Positions 49,649-49,698 of a stretch of 49,698 nt of DNA are shown here, piece by piece. The stretch covers positions 1 through 49,698 of the forward strand of contig DYQT01000002.1 of assembly GCA_020719165.1 (NCBI GenBank). Direction: 5' to 3'. Within the stretch, counting starts at the first letter, position 1. Each line of letters begins with the position of its first letter. The notes beneath the pieces were generated by a model. That model saw only the letters and a program-made list of their open reading frames with translations. It did no database searches and was not told where the DNA came from. The DNA is from Draconibacterium orientale (GTDB lineage: Bacteria > Bacteroidota > Bacteroidia > Bacteroidales > FEN-979). Position numbers and translations under genes: made by a program.

Positions 49649-49698
49649 CCTTAGCAGGATGGTAAAGAAACACGCTGATCAATCTTCTTAAACGGGAA

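Noticed and set aside
1-49698. Diversity-generating retroelement, retron, integrase-bounded prophage ends or transposase
   Set aside because: I recognised no reverse-transcriptase, tyrosine/serine recombinase or DDE transposase motifs in any ORF, and saw no template/variable repeat pair near the fibre genes.

Overview
The 49.7-kb window reads as one tailed-phage (siphovirus-like) genome or prophage, transcribed almost entirely on the minus strand. Its regulatory signals are of the Bacteroidota type: TAnnTTTG -7 boxes, almost no Shine-Dalgarno sequences, and Sec or lipoprotein leaders. Reading right to left: (i) 48.65-49.7 kb holds a fragment of a second, related phage, with a HicA-like ORF, a paralogue of the neck/tail gene and a 37-codon stump of a tape-measure gene. 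(ii) 47.2-48.4 kb is an immunity-like region with two plus-strand genes and an AT-rich switch. (iii) 33.4-47.2 kb is the early/replication region, with two P22-antirepressor-N-like proteins, a LuxR-type regulator, a 1319-aa DnaG-primase/NTPase fusion, an iteron origin and many small ORFs. It also contains a three-unit array of tRNA-3'-half-like repeats directly behind a RAMP-like ORF. (iv) 24.7-33.3 kb holds head and packaging genes (S49 protease, capsid-like protein, PLD-like nuclease, TerS-like, TerL). (v) 20.1-24.7 kb is an accessory island (RadC-like, SSB-tip protein, ArdC-like) whose cassettes are separated by four paralogous hairpin-plus-promoter elements. (vi) 14.2-20.1 kb holds a portal-like gene, other virion genes and a lysis cassette that includes a stand-alone CheY-type receiver. 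(vii) 10.6-14.2 kb is a moron region: an amber-interrupted secreted fibre-like gene, a membrane protein, a Shine-Dalgarno-rich four-gene operon with a structured leader, a Bro-N stump and a stack of perfect palindromes. (viii) 1-10.6 kb holds tail genes (gp10-like, 1214-aa tape measure, fibres) and ends in a 591-codon ORF that runs off the left edge and is missing from the ORF track. I recognised no rRNA, complete tRNA, canonical CRISPR array, integrase or transposase. The strongest non-coding result is eight co-oriented copies of a bipartite motif, GTCCTTTAA-N18-TAnnTTTG-like, in front of the virion operons. All functional calls come from motif-level reading of the translations; no database search was possible.
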